A stretch of 39,623 bases of DNA from a virus: the IMG/VR virus record IMGVR_UViG_3300033493_000006, positions 1-39,623 of that record, one strand, 5' to 3'. Numbering within the stretch: position 1 is the stretch's first letter; each line of letters starts with the position of its first letter. A model generated the notes under the pieces. The model saw nothing but the letters and a program-made list of their open reading frames with translations. It ran no database searches and had not been told where the DNA came from. The position numbers were made by a program, and so were the translations under genes. Positions 6,452 to 14,134 of this stretch are shown in pieces.

Positions 6452-6982
6452 ATGAAGAATGAATTCACGCACTCATTGGTTGACGCAGCGAGCAAGTTGG
6501 GATTGAGCACTAGTGACCTGATTTCGGCAATTTTCGCGGGAGAAATCCGAGCTGCATACGCAGTGGAGAAAGAGCAGTGGTTCGTCTCTGGGACGGACAT
6601 CGGTAGGATGCTGGCTCTCAGGGCCTCTGCCGGATCGAAGCCATCCGACGAAACACCGACGTGGCTTCACGATCACCTGCCATCGGCTGAGCGCTGGTGG
6701 AAGCTCTGGCTTGCAGACCGGGAGGCGCTTCGGCTCGCGCGCGAAGCCTGTGACACGCTCCCGACGAACCGCGGCGATCGGCTTCTCGGCGATCACGTGG
6801 CTGCTGAGCGGTCGAGCTCGCTCTATTACCTGTCCGAACTCATGACCGCAGAGACGCACGCGGTCTCGGCTCTGGCAGCACACGACGTGCGGCCTGAGGT
6901 CGTCGCTCGGGTCAAGGCTCGACGCTCCCGTCTCTCTGAGCTGATCAACGAGGTGCTGGCGGCAACGGGGTCGAAGCCATGA
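6452..6982 (+). CDS. Excisionase/MerR-type HTH DNA-binding protein, 176 aa
   Basis: LVDAASKLGLSTSDLISAIFAGEI...WFVSGTDIGRML fits the HTH_17 pattern. GGAGGGGG SD before the ATG at 6452. The 5' part has lower GC than the genome. Confidence 0.65.
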   Translation: MKNEFTHSLVDAASKLGLSTSDLISAIFAGEIRAAYAVEKEQWFVSGTDIGRMLALRASAGSKPSDETPTWLHDHLPSAERWWKLWLADREALRLAREACDTLPTNRGDRLLGDHVAAERSSSLYYLSELMTAETHAVSALAAHDVRPEVVARVKARRSRLSELINEVLAATGSKP

Positions 6983-7140
6983 GCACCGTCCGCGTCGTGC
7001 GCAGCACCCGAGGTCCCTCCGCCGCCGAGCTCGCACGTCGGCGCGCGGTGCTGAATCACCTGTGGGAGCGGTACCTGGCCGGTCGTCGGCAGGCGCTCGT
7101 GAGTCTCAATTTGCCGTGGAAGAAGGAGGGCAGGTCATGA
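6979..7140 (+). CDS. Hypothetical small protein, 53 aa (below the ORF-track cutoff)
   Basis: ATGA overlaps at both ends (6979-6982 and 7137-7140). Translated by hand with no internal stop. Confidence 0.45.
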   Translation: MSTVRVVRSTRGPSAAELARRRAVLNHLWERYLAGRRQALVSLNLPWKKEGRS

Positions 7141-7520
7141 AATTCACGTATCAGCAGATGGAGGTGATCCGGGCGCGGTCGTCTGAGATGGGGTTCTTCG
7201 CTCAGTGGTGCGGCGAGCGCTCGGAGGATGAGGCTTGGCTGAGGGTGAGTCGCGGGGTGGCAGAGATCGCGATGTGTTTTTTTCCGGCTCGCAAGCCGAT
7301 TCTCTCGGTCGAGGCGAGCGACCCGATGGAGCTCGCCCACACAGCCATAGAACTGGTGGCCATCCACTCGACTCTCACGACTGGCCTGTACGAGGTCCAC
7401 ACGGCGTCTCCATGCTCCGAGGTCGCGCCACCGACTGGCTGCCGTGGGTGCGTCTGGGAGCTCCAGCCCTGCGACGCTACCAGGTGCTTCAAGGCCCTTA
7501 ACCCGGAGTCCGCGCCATGA
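7137..7520 (+). CDS. Hypothetical protein, 127 aa (MKFTYQQMEVIRARS...)
   Basis: GAAGGAGGG SD upstream of the ATG at 7137. ATGA overlap at the 3' end. Confidence 0.65.
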   Translation: MKFTYQQMEVIRARSSEMGFFAQWCGERSEDEAWLRVSRGVAEIAMCFFPARKPILSVEASDPMELAHTAIELVAIHSTLTTGLYEVHTASPCSEVAPPTGCRGCVWELQPCDATRCFKALNPESAP

Positions 7521-7822
7521 GCCGCTTCGAGGTCTTCGTGACCGGCACCGCCACGCTCGAAATCGAGCGCCCGCTGCCACTGGTCACCTCCGAGCCTGAC
7601 CTCGCATGGAAGGTGCTCGCGGTCGAAGTGGAGGTCTCGGCCGGCGAGGTGGCCGGAGCGACGCTGGTGGGATCGACGACACCAGTGGTGCTCACGGACG
7701 AGGAGGAGATTCGGGCTCTCTACCGGGTCGAGGACAACTACGACCCGGATTGTCACTATGTCGATGACGTGTACGAAGAGGCGAGCTGCGAACGCAGGAG
7801 GGAACTCTTGGAGGATCGATGA
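7517..7822 (+). CDS. Highly acidic hypothetical protein, 101 aa
   Basis: ATGA overlaps at both ends. Rich in D/E, especially the C-terminal half (DEEEIRALYRVEDNYDPDCHYVDDVYEE). Confidence 0.65.
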   Translation: MSRFEVFVTGTATLEIERPLPLVTSEPDLAWKVLAVEVEVSAGEVAGATLVGSTTPVVLTDEEEIRALYRVEDNYDPDCHYVDDVYEEASCERRRELLEDR

Positions 7823-7965
7823 ACGCATGGAGACGATTGCTGTGTCGTCTGTTCGGTCATTCACACCACCCATGGATCAACCCAGCTCTTTCGGTGTACT
7901 TTCATTGCAGCCGGTGCGGCGAGTTGGCTCCCGGAGATCGATTTCACAGAAGGGATCGACGATGA
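7819..7965 (+). CDS. Small zinc-ribbon-like protein, 48 aa (LCRLFGHSHH...HCSRCG; resembles the prophage DUF1660 pattern)
   Basis: ATGA overlaps at both ends (7819-7822 and 7962-7965). Hand translation is open. The family assignment is from memory only. Confidence 0.45.
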   Translation: MNAWRRLLCRLFGHSHHPWINPALSVYFHCSRCGELAPGDRFHRRDRR

Positions 7966-8156
7966 CTATTCGAGAAGCAGCAGTGCTTTTCCGCACGGTG
8001 CGAAACCCGCCGAGCGACCTGGCAAGAGACCTCGCGCTGAGTCGCATCGTCCTCGTGGTGGCACAAGAGCTCGCGCACGAGCACGGAGTCAGCACGCAGG
8101 AGGCGGTGAAGGGCCTTCAAGACGTCATCAGGTCTCCGGTGGTGCAATGGCCCTGA
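7962..8156 (+). CDS. Hypothetical protein, 64 aa (MTIREAAVLFRTVRNPP...)
   Basis: ATGA-coupled start at 7962. Overlaps the exonuclease start by 10 nt. Confidence 0.55.
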   Translation: MTIREAAVLFRTVRNPPSDLARDLALSRIVLVVAQELAHEHGVSTQEAVKGLQDVIRSPVVQWP

Positions 8157-9028
8157 CGGAAGAGCAGCTTAAGCAGCGTCGTTCGGGCATCGGAGGGAGC
8201 GAGATTGCGGCAATCCTCGGCGAAGATGCGTTCTCGAGCCCGTTCGACGTCTGGCTGGCAAAGACGCAGGGGTGGGTCCGGCCCTCGAATCCAGACATGG
8301 AACGAGGTGCCCACCTCGAGGCAGGAATCGCGGAGTGGTACGCAGCGCGTACCGGCGCCGTGCTTGTCGAGTCCGCCACCCAGCGGCATGCCATGATCGG
8401 GATCGCCCTCTGTACTCCAGACCGCTTCGAGCGCGTTGGCCCTCGTTCGGAGTCGGCGCCGAGCGGAAGTCGCAGGCTCATCAGCATCAAGTCCCCGCGA
8501 CGAGGCGACGCTTGGGGGAAGGACGAGACAGACGACGTACCGCCAGGGTACCTGCTTCAGCTCCAGTGGGAGCACGCCGTGTGTGGATCCATGATGACTC
8601 TCGCGCCTGATATGCGGCTCGTCGCGCTCGTCGACGGCGACCTGCGCATCTACGAGACGCAAGCTGACCTCGAGATCCAGGCCTGGCTGCTCGAGTACGC
8701 ACAGCAATGGTGGGCCCGACACGTGGTGGGCGGTGAGCAGCCGCCGCTCGACGGGAGCAGCGAGGCGAATCGATGGCTGCGGACGAAGTTTCCTCGCGAC
8801 ACGGCCCCGATTCGGCCGGCGAGTATGGCCGAGGACCTCGGCATGCTCGAGCTTCGAGCCGTAGAGTCCGACCTCAAGCGACTGGAGGGCGAAGCCATGG
8901 CACTGAAGCTCGCACTGATGCAGGCGATCGGCGATGCCGGGGGGCTCGAGAGCCCGACAGGGATCATCACCTACAGGGCCGACAAGAACGGCAAACGCAG
9001 TTTTCGAACGAAGTGGGAGACGAAATGA
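8147..9028 (+). CDS. YqaJ/lambda-Exo-like recombination exonuclease, 293 aa
   Basis: N-terminal RRSGIGGSEIAAILG...SPFDVWLAKT...MERGAHLE is the characteristic YqaJ signature. Directly upstream of recT. Confidence 0.85.
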   Translation: MALTEEQLKQRRSGIGGSEIAAILGEDAFSSPFDVWLAKTQGWVRPSNPDMERGAHLEAGIAEWYAARTGAVLVESATQRHAMIGIALCTPDRFERVGPRSESAPSGSRRLISIKSPRRGDAWGKDETDDVPPGYLLQLQWEHAVCGSMMTLAPDMRLVALVDGDLRIYETQADLEIQAWLLEYAQQWWARHVVGGEQPPLDGSSEANRWLRTKFPRDTAPIRPASMAEDLGMLELRAVESDLKRLEGEAMALKLALMQAIGDAGGLESPTGIITYRADKNGKRSFRTKWETK

Positions 9029-9861
9029 GCACACCAGCAGCGCAGGCAATCCAGAAGAACACGTCGGCAACCCTCGGAGACCTTCTCCGTCAGCGAAAGG
9101 ACATGATCGCCCAACTCGTACCGAAGCACCTCACGGCCGAGCGCCTAATGCGAGTCGCGGTCAACTGCGTCGCGAAGACTCCGGATCTCCAGGAATGCTC
9201 GCCCACCTCGCTGCTTCAGTGCGTGCTCGTCTCGGCCGAGCTTGGTCTCGAGCCTGGTGGCGCGCTCGGGCACATGTACCTCGTGCCTTTCAAGGGCGTG
9301 GCGACGCCGATCATCGGGTATCGAGGCCTCCTCGAGCTCGCGCATCGTTCGGGTGACGTCTCATCGATCAGGGCTGTGGTGGTGCGCGAACGCGACAAGT
9401 TCCGCCTCACGGAAGGCATCGAGACGATCATCGATCACGAGCCGTACCTGGACGGAAACGCGGGGCCACTGAAGTACGTCTATTGCGTCATCAAGCTCAA
9501 AGACGGAGGAGTCCACGTAGAGTTGATGAACCGGGCACAAGTCGACGCGATTCGCGCTCGAAGCCGTGCGGCGAATAACGGGCCCTGGGTCACTGACTAC
9601 GACGAGATGGCGAAAAAGACAGTGGCGAGGCGAGCGCTGAAGTGGGTCCCGATGTCATCCGAGAGATTCGAAGCTGCGATCGAGCGCGACAACGCCGACT
9701 ACGTAGATGGGGACGTAGTTCAGCAGACGATCGATACCACGCAAGAGACGCTGAAGGAGCGTGTGGCGAAGAAGACCGGCCGCTTGCTTCAGGTGCCGGA
9801 AGAGCTCGCGACGGAGCCTGTTGACGACACGCCCCAGCCGAAGCCCACGCCGGCACCATGA
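9025..9861 (+). CDS. recT: RecT-family single-strand annealing protein, 278 aa
   Basis: LVPKHLTAERLMRVAVNCV..TPDLQECSPTSLLQCVL.SAELGLEPG...YLVPF and KKTVARRALKWVP are typical RecT motifs. ATGA overlap at 9025-9028. Confidence 0.85.
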   Translation: MSTPAAQAIQKNTSATLGDLLRQRKDMIAQLVPKHLTAERLMRVAVNCVAKTPDLQECSPTSLLQCVLVSAELGLEPGGALGHMYLVPFKGVATPIIGYRGLLELAHRSGDVSSIRAVVVRERDKFRLTEGIETIIDHEPYLDGNAGPLKYVYCVIKLKDGGVHVELMNRAQVDAIRARSRAANNGPWVTDYDEMAKKTVARRALKWVPMSSERFEAAIERDNADYVDGDVVQQTIDTTQETLKERVAKKTGRLLQVPEELATEPVDDTPQPKPTPAP

Positions 9862-10007
9862 TTCACGCGAGATGGCGACGGGCATCGACCCCCGTGGCGC
9901 CCAAGGCCGTTCGAGCCGGCCTGTCTCGCCTGTTGTACCGTCGCTCGCGCGCGGGGCTTCCCCCGGTCCTACGCGCGGGCGGCATTTTCTATGGGAGGAC
10001 GCAATGA
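9858..10007 (+). CDS. Possible very basic small protein, 49 aa (below the ORF-track cutoff)
   Basis: ATGA overlaps at both ends (9858-9861 and 10004-10007). The Arg-rich, junk-like composition keeps confidence low. Confidence 0.3.
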   Translation: MIHARWRRASTPVAPKAVRAGLSRLLYRRSRAGLPPVLRAGGIFYGRTQ

Positions 10008-10306
10008 CAGACGAGACAAGACAGCCGTGGACGCCAGGGCCGTGGGAGGTGACTGGTCCAGTCGGTCGCGCAGCCTGGATCGAGAGCGAAACCAACTCAA
10101 ACATCGCGGCCATGCATCGCATTGACACGCCAGAGGGCATGGCCAATGCCAAGCTCATCGCGAAGGCCCCAGCGCTCGCCGAGGCGCTGGCTGCACTGGT
10201 GGAGGCCTCCGACCATTCCGAGGTGACCTATCAGCCTATGCGCGACGCCTTCGAACGCGCCCGGGCTGAGCTCGACGCCTGCGGCTGGCAGTGGGGTGGG
10301 CGATGA
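10004..10306 (+). CDS. Ead/Ea22-like C-terminal-domain protein, 100 aa
   Basis: TPGPWEV...ANAKLIAKAPALAEAL is the motif common in Ead/Ea22-like prophage proteins. GGGAGGA SD. Confidence 0.65.
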   Translation: MTDETRQPWTPGPWEVTGPVGRAAWIESETNSNIAAMHRIDTPEGMANAKLIAKAPALAEALAALVEASDHSEVTYQPMRDAFERARAELDACGWQWGGR

Positions 10307-10530
10307 GCACCGACGCGAAGCCGTTGACGACGGCCGAGGTCGAGGGCTGGCGATACGCTCTCGGCCAGCACTGGGCCGCCAAGATTGGGCCTCTCGGGCA
10401 CGAGGTGGTGATTGAAGGCGACAGAATCTCGGCCACGACCCGGGCGCTGGAGTCAGCACGTGCACGCGTCGAGGAGCTCATGGCGTGGGTGAAGCAGCAC
10501 AATCCGGAGTGGCTGGAGAAGAAGTCATGA
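10303..10530 (+). CDS. Hypothetical protein, 75 aa; paralog family member 1 (MSTDAKPLTTAEVEGW)
   Basis: ATGA overlaps at both ends. Shares the N-terminal motif with the next two genes. Confidence 0.65.
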   Translation: MSTDAKPLTTAEVEGWRYALGQHWAAKIGPLGHEVVIEGDRISATTRALESARARVEELMAWVKQHNPEWLEKKS

Positions 10531-10757
10531 GCGACGCGAAGGTATTGACGACGAAGGACGTGGAAGCCCTCCAGGCCCACGCAGACGAAGACGGAGGTAT
10601 TCCTGGGGCTGTGCTTGTCGACCGCGACGAACTCCTCGCTACGACACTGGAGCGCGATGAGTTGCGCGCCGCGCTGCAGAGGGCGTTCCAGTGGGTGCCA
10701 GACGAAATGGTGATCGAGATGGAGGCCGAGCGAGTTCTCGCTTTCGGAAAGGATTGA
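10527..10757 (+). CDS. Hypothetical protein, 76 aa; paralog family member 2 (MSDAKVLTTKDVEAL)
   Basis: ATGA overlap at 10527-10530. Shares the N-terminal motif and the ELLATTLE motif. Confidence 0.65.
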   Translation: MSDAKVLTTKDVEALQAHADEDGGIPGAVLVDRDELLATTLERDELRAALQRAFQWVPDEMVIEMEAERVLAFGKD

Positions 10758-10759
10758 CA

Positions 10760-11332
10760 ATGAGCGCCGACGCGAAGCCGATGACGACGAAGGACGTGGA
10801 GGACATGCCGAAGCACACGGATAACCCACACACCTACGTCGCCGAGTACCCGAACCACGTCCTCGTTCGTCGCGCCGAACTCCTCGCCACCACCCTGGCG
10901 CTCGAGAAGCTCGAGGCGGGTCTAGCCCTGTGGCACGGACTTCCGCCAGACGAGCGGGCGATGAAGGCGATCCATGAGGCAGGAAATCTCGCCAATGCGG
11001 CAAGGTACCGCGCCGAGAAGGCTGAGGCCGAGCGCGACAACGCGCGTGAGCTTGGTACCGAGCTGATGACGGGGTTGATGGCGGCGCAGGCGCGGGCCGA
11101 GGAGGCCGAGAAGGAGCGCGACGCCGCGGTTGCCCGCCGTGACGAGGTGATCGCGGATCTCGACCGCATCCAGGGTCAGGTGGGGCCGGAGCTGGCGAGG
11201 CTTCGGGCGCTTGTCGCCGAGCTGGTAGCAGTACTGGCTAGGCTAGAGCGCCTCGCGAGCAAGGTGGGTTTCGAAGATACGTGCGACGCCGCCAGAGATG
11301 TCTTGAGAAAGGCAAAGGAGGCTTGTCTATGA
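10760..11332 (+). CDS. Coiled-coil protein, 190 aa; paralog family member 3 (MSADAKPMTTKDVEDM)
   Basis: Same N-terminal motif and ELLATTLALE, followed by a long Ala/Glu/Arg coiled coil (Ea22-like architecture). Confidence 0.65.
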   Translation: MSADAKPMTTKDVEDMPKHTDNPHTYVAEYPNHVLVRRAELLATTLALEKLEAGLALWHGLPPDERAMKAIHEAGNLANAARYRAEKAEAERDNARELGTELMTGLMAAQARAEEAEKERDAAVARRDEVIADLDRIQGQVGPELARLRALVAELVAVLARLERLASKVGFEDTCDAARDVLRKAKEACL

Positions 11333-11556
11333 GGCCCGAAGAAGCCGAAGAGATGGATGCGATGGACGAGAAGATCGGATCGCTCCAGTGCAGACTGGCC
11401 CGAGCACAGAAGGAGCGCGACTCCGCGCGTGCTCTCGTCTCCGAGCTGGTGACGGCGCTGGAAGCTGTGGTCTGCCCTGGACCCGAATGGCGCAGCGTCC
11501 TGGATTGGGAGCGCGCTCGCGCCGCACTGGCCAAGGCGAAGGGAGGCGCGCCATGA
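11329..11556 (+). CDS. Hypothetical coiled-coil protein, 75 aa
   Basis: ATGA overlaps at both ends. Confidence 0.6.
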   Translation: MRPEEAEEMDAMDEKIGSLQCRLARAQKERDSARALVSELVTALEAVVCPGPEWRSVLDWERARAALAKAKGGAP

Positions 11557-11816
11557 CTCCCGCCGCCTGGCACGAGGGCCGCATCCACAGGCGCACGCTC
11601 ACGCTCGGAGATGATGCCGAGATTGTGCAAACGCTCGAGGTCTTCGCCGCCACCGGGTCGGAGGCATGGAGCGTCGTCTCGCAGATCGTCGAGGAGGAGG
11701 ACGCCGCCCACGTGCTCACGGGGCGAGCAATGGGTCTCCGCGAGGCGAAGAAACTCGCCGACTGGCACGTCGACGAGCTGCGGAGGACGTGGATTGCCGA
11801 GGGACGGACGCCGTGA
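11553..11816 (+). CDS. Hypothetical protein, 87 aa
   Basis: ATGA overlap at 11553-11556. GTGA overlap at the 3' end. Confidence 0.6.
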   Translation: MTPAAWHEGRIHRRTLTLGDDAEIVQTLEVFAATGSEAWSVVSQIVEEEDAAHVLTGRAMGLREAKKLADWHVDELRRTWIAEGRTP

Positions 11817-12430
11817 AAGAGCGACCATTGTTGTTCTCGGCGCCGATGGTGCGCGCCTATCTCGCTGGGATGAAGACGCAGACGCGGCGCATCGTCAAAG
11901 ACACCGACGTTCGCGACGTCGGAGCGTTTGGGATCGCGGCCTACGTCACAAGTCGCGCCGTGAAGGAGAGAGGGCGTACCATCGGCAACAGAGACATCAC
12001 GAAGACCTGCCCCTACGGAGGTCCGGGCGATCGGCTGTGGGTCAAGGAGACGTTCGTCTATCGCACCAAGCACAATCGATACTACTACCGGGCCAATCAT
12101 CCGGTGCACGACCCATACGCGCATGACGGCTGGCGGCCGTCGATCTTCATGCCTCGCAAGGCCTCGCGCATCACTCTCGAGATCACCGAGGTGCGGATCG
12201 AGCGGCTGCAGGAGATCAGCGAGGAGGACGCATGTGCCGAGGGCGCGCCCATGTTGGTCGTCGGCCATGGCACGATAACCCCGGACGACCTCAAGGCCGA
12301 GCCTGGCTACTGGAGCCCGAACCTCTACCGAGCTGGATACGAGGACCTCTGGGAGTCGATCAACGGCCCCGGCTCATGGGAGGCGAACCCGTGGGTCTGG
12401 GCGATCTCGTTCCCGAGGTTCGCGCCGTGA
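11813..12430 (+). CDS. ASCH-like domain protein, 205 aa
   Basis: LLFSAPMVRAYLAGMKTQTRR...GDRLWVKETF...WRPSIFMPRKASRITLEITEVRIERLQEISEEDACAEG matches a widespread prophage ASCH-like family pattern. GTG start in a GTGA overlap. Confidence 0.7.
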   Translation: MKERPLLFSAPMVRAYLAGMKTQTRRIVKDTDVRDVGAFGIAAYVTSRAVKERGRTIGNRDITKTCPYGGPGDRLWVKETFVYRTKHNRYYYRANHPVHDPYAHDGWRPSIFMPRKASRITLEITEVRIERLQEISEEDACAEGAPMLVVGHGTITPDDLKAEPGYWSPNLYRAGYEDLWESINGPGSWEANPWVWAISFPRFAP

Positions 12431-12642
12431 GGCACCTGACCAAGCGAGCGCTGGCTGAGCTGGCCGGTAAAGACTGGAATGACCTGCCTTTTGGAGAGCC
12501 GGCGTGCGGCTGGTTTTTTCGTGAGATGCATGACTCAGTGACAGGCATGCTCGACGTGAGCTCTGGCCTCACGCCATCGAATAGGCCTACATGCCCCAGC
12601 TGCGCGGTGCTCCTCGACCAGGCCCTCGAGGCCGCGCCGTGA
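12427..12642 (+). CDS. Hypothetical protein, 71 aa
   Basis: GTG start in a GTGA overlap at 12427-12430. Confidence 0.5.
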   Translation: MRHLTKRALAELAGKDWNDLPFGEPACGWFFREMHDSVTGMLDVSSGLTPSNRPTCPSCAVLLDQALEAAP

Positions 12643-12836
12643 GCCACGTCCACCGCCGCGGCCGTCTCTCGACCCCCAGCGTCGACGTCTGCGTCTGCGG
12701 GGCGATTCAGGTGGTCGGCGACGAGTGGCTCGAGACGTCGTGGGAGCCTCCACCGGTACCGCCTCCACCTCGCGAGCGCCCCACCACGCCGCTTCCGCTG
12801 GTGCGCCTCGACTGGCTCACGGAGGTGTGTCGCTGA
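12639..12836 (+). CDS. Hypothetical Pro-rich protein, 65 aa
   Basis: GTG start in a GTGA overlap at 12639-12642. Its 3' end overlaps the convergent RHH gene by 20 nt. Confidence 0.45.
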   Translation: MSHVHRRGRLSTPSVDVCVCGAIQVVGDEWLETSWEPPPVPPPPRERPTTPLPLVRLDWLTEVCR

Positions 12837-13023
12837 GCGGCGCAGCATGCGCAGCCCGGAGCGCCCGCATCACCTCGTCATGGTACTCGAGCCTCTGCCG
12901 TGCTGCCCTCGTCCACCACTCGGCGAGAGTGCAGTGCTCGGCTCGCGCGGCTGCCTCGACGGCCGCGGCGAGCTCTGGGTCGAGGCGGAAGTTGATCGGC
13001 TTGCCGCGGCGTTTGGCGGTCAT
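12817..13023 (-). CDS. Ribbon-helix-helix (CopG/Arc-like) DNA-binding protein, 68 aa
   Basis: KRRGKPINFRLDPELAAAVEAAARAEHCTLAEWWTRAARQRL is a classic RHH beta-strand plus two helices. ATGA overlap at 13020-13023. Confidence 0.7.
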   Translation of the reverse strand: MTAKRRGKPINFRLDPELAAAVEAAARAEHCTLAEWWTRAARQRLEYHDEVMRALRAAHAAPLSDTPP

Positions 13024-13244
13024 CGGATTGGCACCAGCTTGTCCGTGGTGGCTCGACCGCCGACGAGCACGATCCATTCCTCGTTGCCATCCTCGTCGTA
13101 GTCAGCGACCTCGTAGGTCGCCTTCGGCGCCGTGCTCGAGTCAGCCTGGTCGTCGGAGGGTAGGTAGACGTTGCCGCCGTTGCAGCAGACGTCGATTCGG
13201 ATTCCGTCGGTGATCCATGTGTGCGTTGCGGCTGCGGTCGCCAT
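13020..13244 (-). CDS. Small acidic hypothetical protein, 74 aa
   Basis: GGGAGA SD before the ATG at 13244. Acidic (DDQADSS...EVADYDEDGNEEW). ATGA-coupled to the RHH gene. Confidence 0.65.
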   Translation of the reverse strand: MATAAATHTWITDGIRIDVCCNGGNVYLPSDDQADSSTAPKATYEVADYDEDGNEEWIVLVGGRATTDKLVPIR

Positions 13245-13274
13245 GATTCGTCTCCCGTGCTCGCGTGGTGTTCC

Positions 13275-13323
13275 TCCTCTGCCGGCGAGCGGCGGCAGAG
13301 GATGGTGCCCGACCGGAGTCGGG
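13275..13323 (-). other. Two adjacent GC-rich stem-loops between genes
   Basis: TCCTCTGCC (13275-13283) pairs with GGCAGAGGA (13294-13302). CCCGAC (13308-13313) pairs with GTCGGG (13318-13323). No U-tract, so the role (attenuator, processing site or stabilizer) is unknown. Confidence 0.5.
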
Positions 13324-13331
13324 CGGGTGGG

Positions 13332-13565
13332 TCAGTGGACTCGGCGATAGAGCGCCACGACCTCAGGAGTGAGCCCCGAGTCGATCTCGGCGTAGGTGGA
13401 GCCAGCCCAGCAACCGCCGTCCCAGTAGGCCACGGCGACCCGCCCGTCCTCAGAGACGCCCAGCGTGACAGGGTAAAGCGCGTCGTCGGCGCGCTCGGGG
13501 AGGGTGACGTTGGCTGGCAGCTCGTGAGTGGTGCGATAGGTGCGGCTCTTCAGTTCGGTGATCAT
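13332..13565 (-). CDS. Hypothetical protein, 77 aa (MITELKSRTYRTTHELP...)
   Basis: GGGAGAA SD before the internal ATG at 13565. First gene after the low-GC intergenic region. Confidence 0.6.
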   Translation of the reverse strand: MITELKSRTYRTTHELPANVTLPERADDALYPVTLGVSEDGRVAVAYWDGGCWAGSTYAEIDSGLTPEVVALYRRVH

Positions 13566-13752
13566 TGCGTTCTCCCGGTTGGTGACGGAACACAATGATT
13601 GCACACGTAATGCCAGTGTCTTTACTTCGACATTACGCACGATTGCGCACCGACGCACCGCCGCTGACTGTCGTGTTTTCGGACATGGCTACGCAACCGC
13701 TCGAATTCGCGAGTCCGATTCGAGGACACCGTCCGAACTCGAGACACGAAAG
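13566..13752 (-). promoter_or_regulatory. Repeat-rich low-GC intergenic region (candidate promoter/operator of the 13565->12817 operon)
   Basis: Inverted repeat CGTAATG (13606-13612) / CATTACG (13631-13637). GATTGC occurs at 13597 and 13641. Direct repeats GTCCGATTCGAG (13713-13724) and GTCCGAACTCGAG (13731-13743). CGAATTCG palindrome. Confidence 0.4.
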
Positions 13753-13781
13753 GACCCGGGCCGATCGAGCGGCACCGGGTC
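13753..13781 (-). terminator. Hairpin terminator candidate after the lysis cassette
   Basis: GACCCGGGCC (13753-13762) pairs with GGC-a-CCGGGTC (13771-13781), a 10-bp stem with one bulge. On the minus strand it is followed by CTTTCGTGT. Lies 12 nt downstream of the TAA at 13793-13795. Confidence 0.5.
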
Positions 13782-13792
13782 TGAGGGCCTAC

Positions 13793-14134
13793 TTACTGTG
13801 CGGCGGCGGTAGGCCGCGCCGCCCAGCCGATCGCGAACCCGCCGCCGACGCCCAGCACGATCGCGCCGACGACGAGCCAGACGACGGGGCTCGAGACGGT
13901 GGGGCCCTGCGAGGCCCTCGCCGCCTCATAGGCCGCCACCTTCGAGGCCACGCTGACCGCCAGGGGCTCTGGCAGGTAGACGCCGGGCCCGACCTCCACC
14001 GGCGCCGTGGGCGCGTCGAGCGGGTGCAGGGTGGCGCTCTCGACGGGCACGGCCACGAGGCCACCGTCCACCACCGGCTCAGCCCCCAGGGCGAGCTGCG
14101 AGACGAGCGCCAGCGCGATGACGGCGCGGGTCAC
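13793..14134 (-). CDS. Bitopic envelope protein, 113 aa (N-terminal signal-like segment plus C-terminal TM; spanin-like?)
   Basis: GTG start in a GTGA overlap (14131-14134) with the holin candidate. N-terminal segment TRAVIALALVSQLALGAEP. C-terminal segment VVWLVVGAIVLGVGGGFAIGWAA. No lipobox Cys. Confidence 0.55.
   Translation of the reverse strand: MTRAVIALALVSQLALGAEPVVDGGLVAVPVESATLHPLDAPTAPVEVGPGVYLPEPLAVSVASKVAAYEAARASQGPTVSSPVVWLVVGAIVLGVGGGFAIGWAARPTAAAQ

Noticed and set aside
9946-9989. A terminator-like hairpin (CGGGG cttc CCCCG with flanking GCGCG, followed by ATTTTCT) after recT.
   Set aside because: The stem is imperfect, and the region is exactly spanned by a 49-aa ORF that is ATGA-coupled at both ends. 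The two readings conflict, so I did not call a terminator.
13700-13745. A tRNA-like T-arm (GTCCgattcgaGGAC) in the low-GC intergenic region.
   Set aside because: The stem is only 4 bp with a non-canonical loop. I could not fold an acceptor, D or anticodon arm around it. It is better explained as one of two direct repeats, GTCCGA(n)TCGAG.
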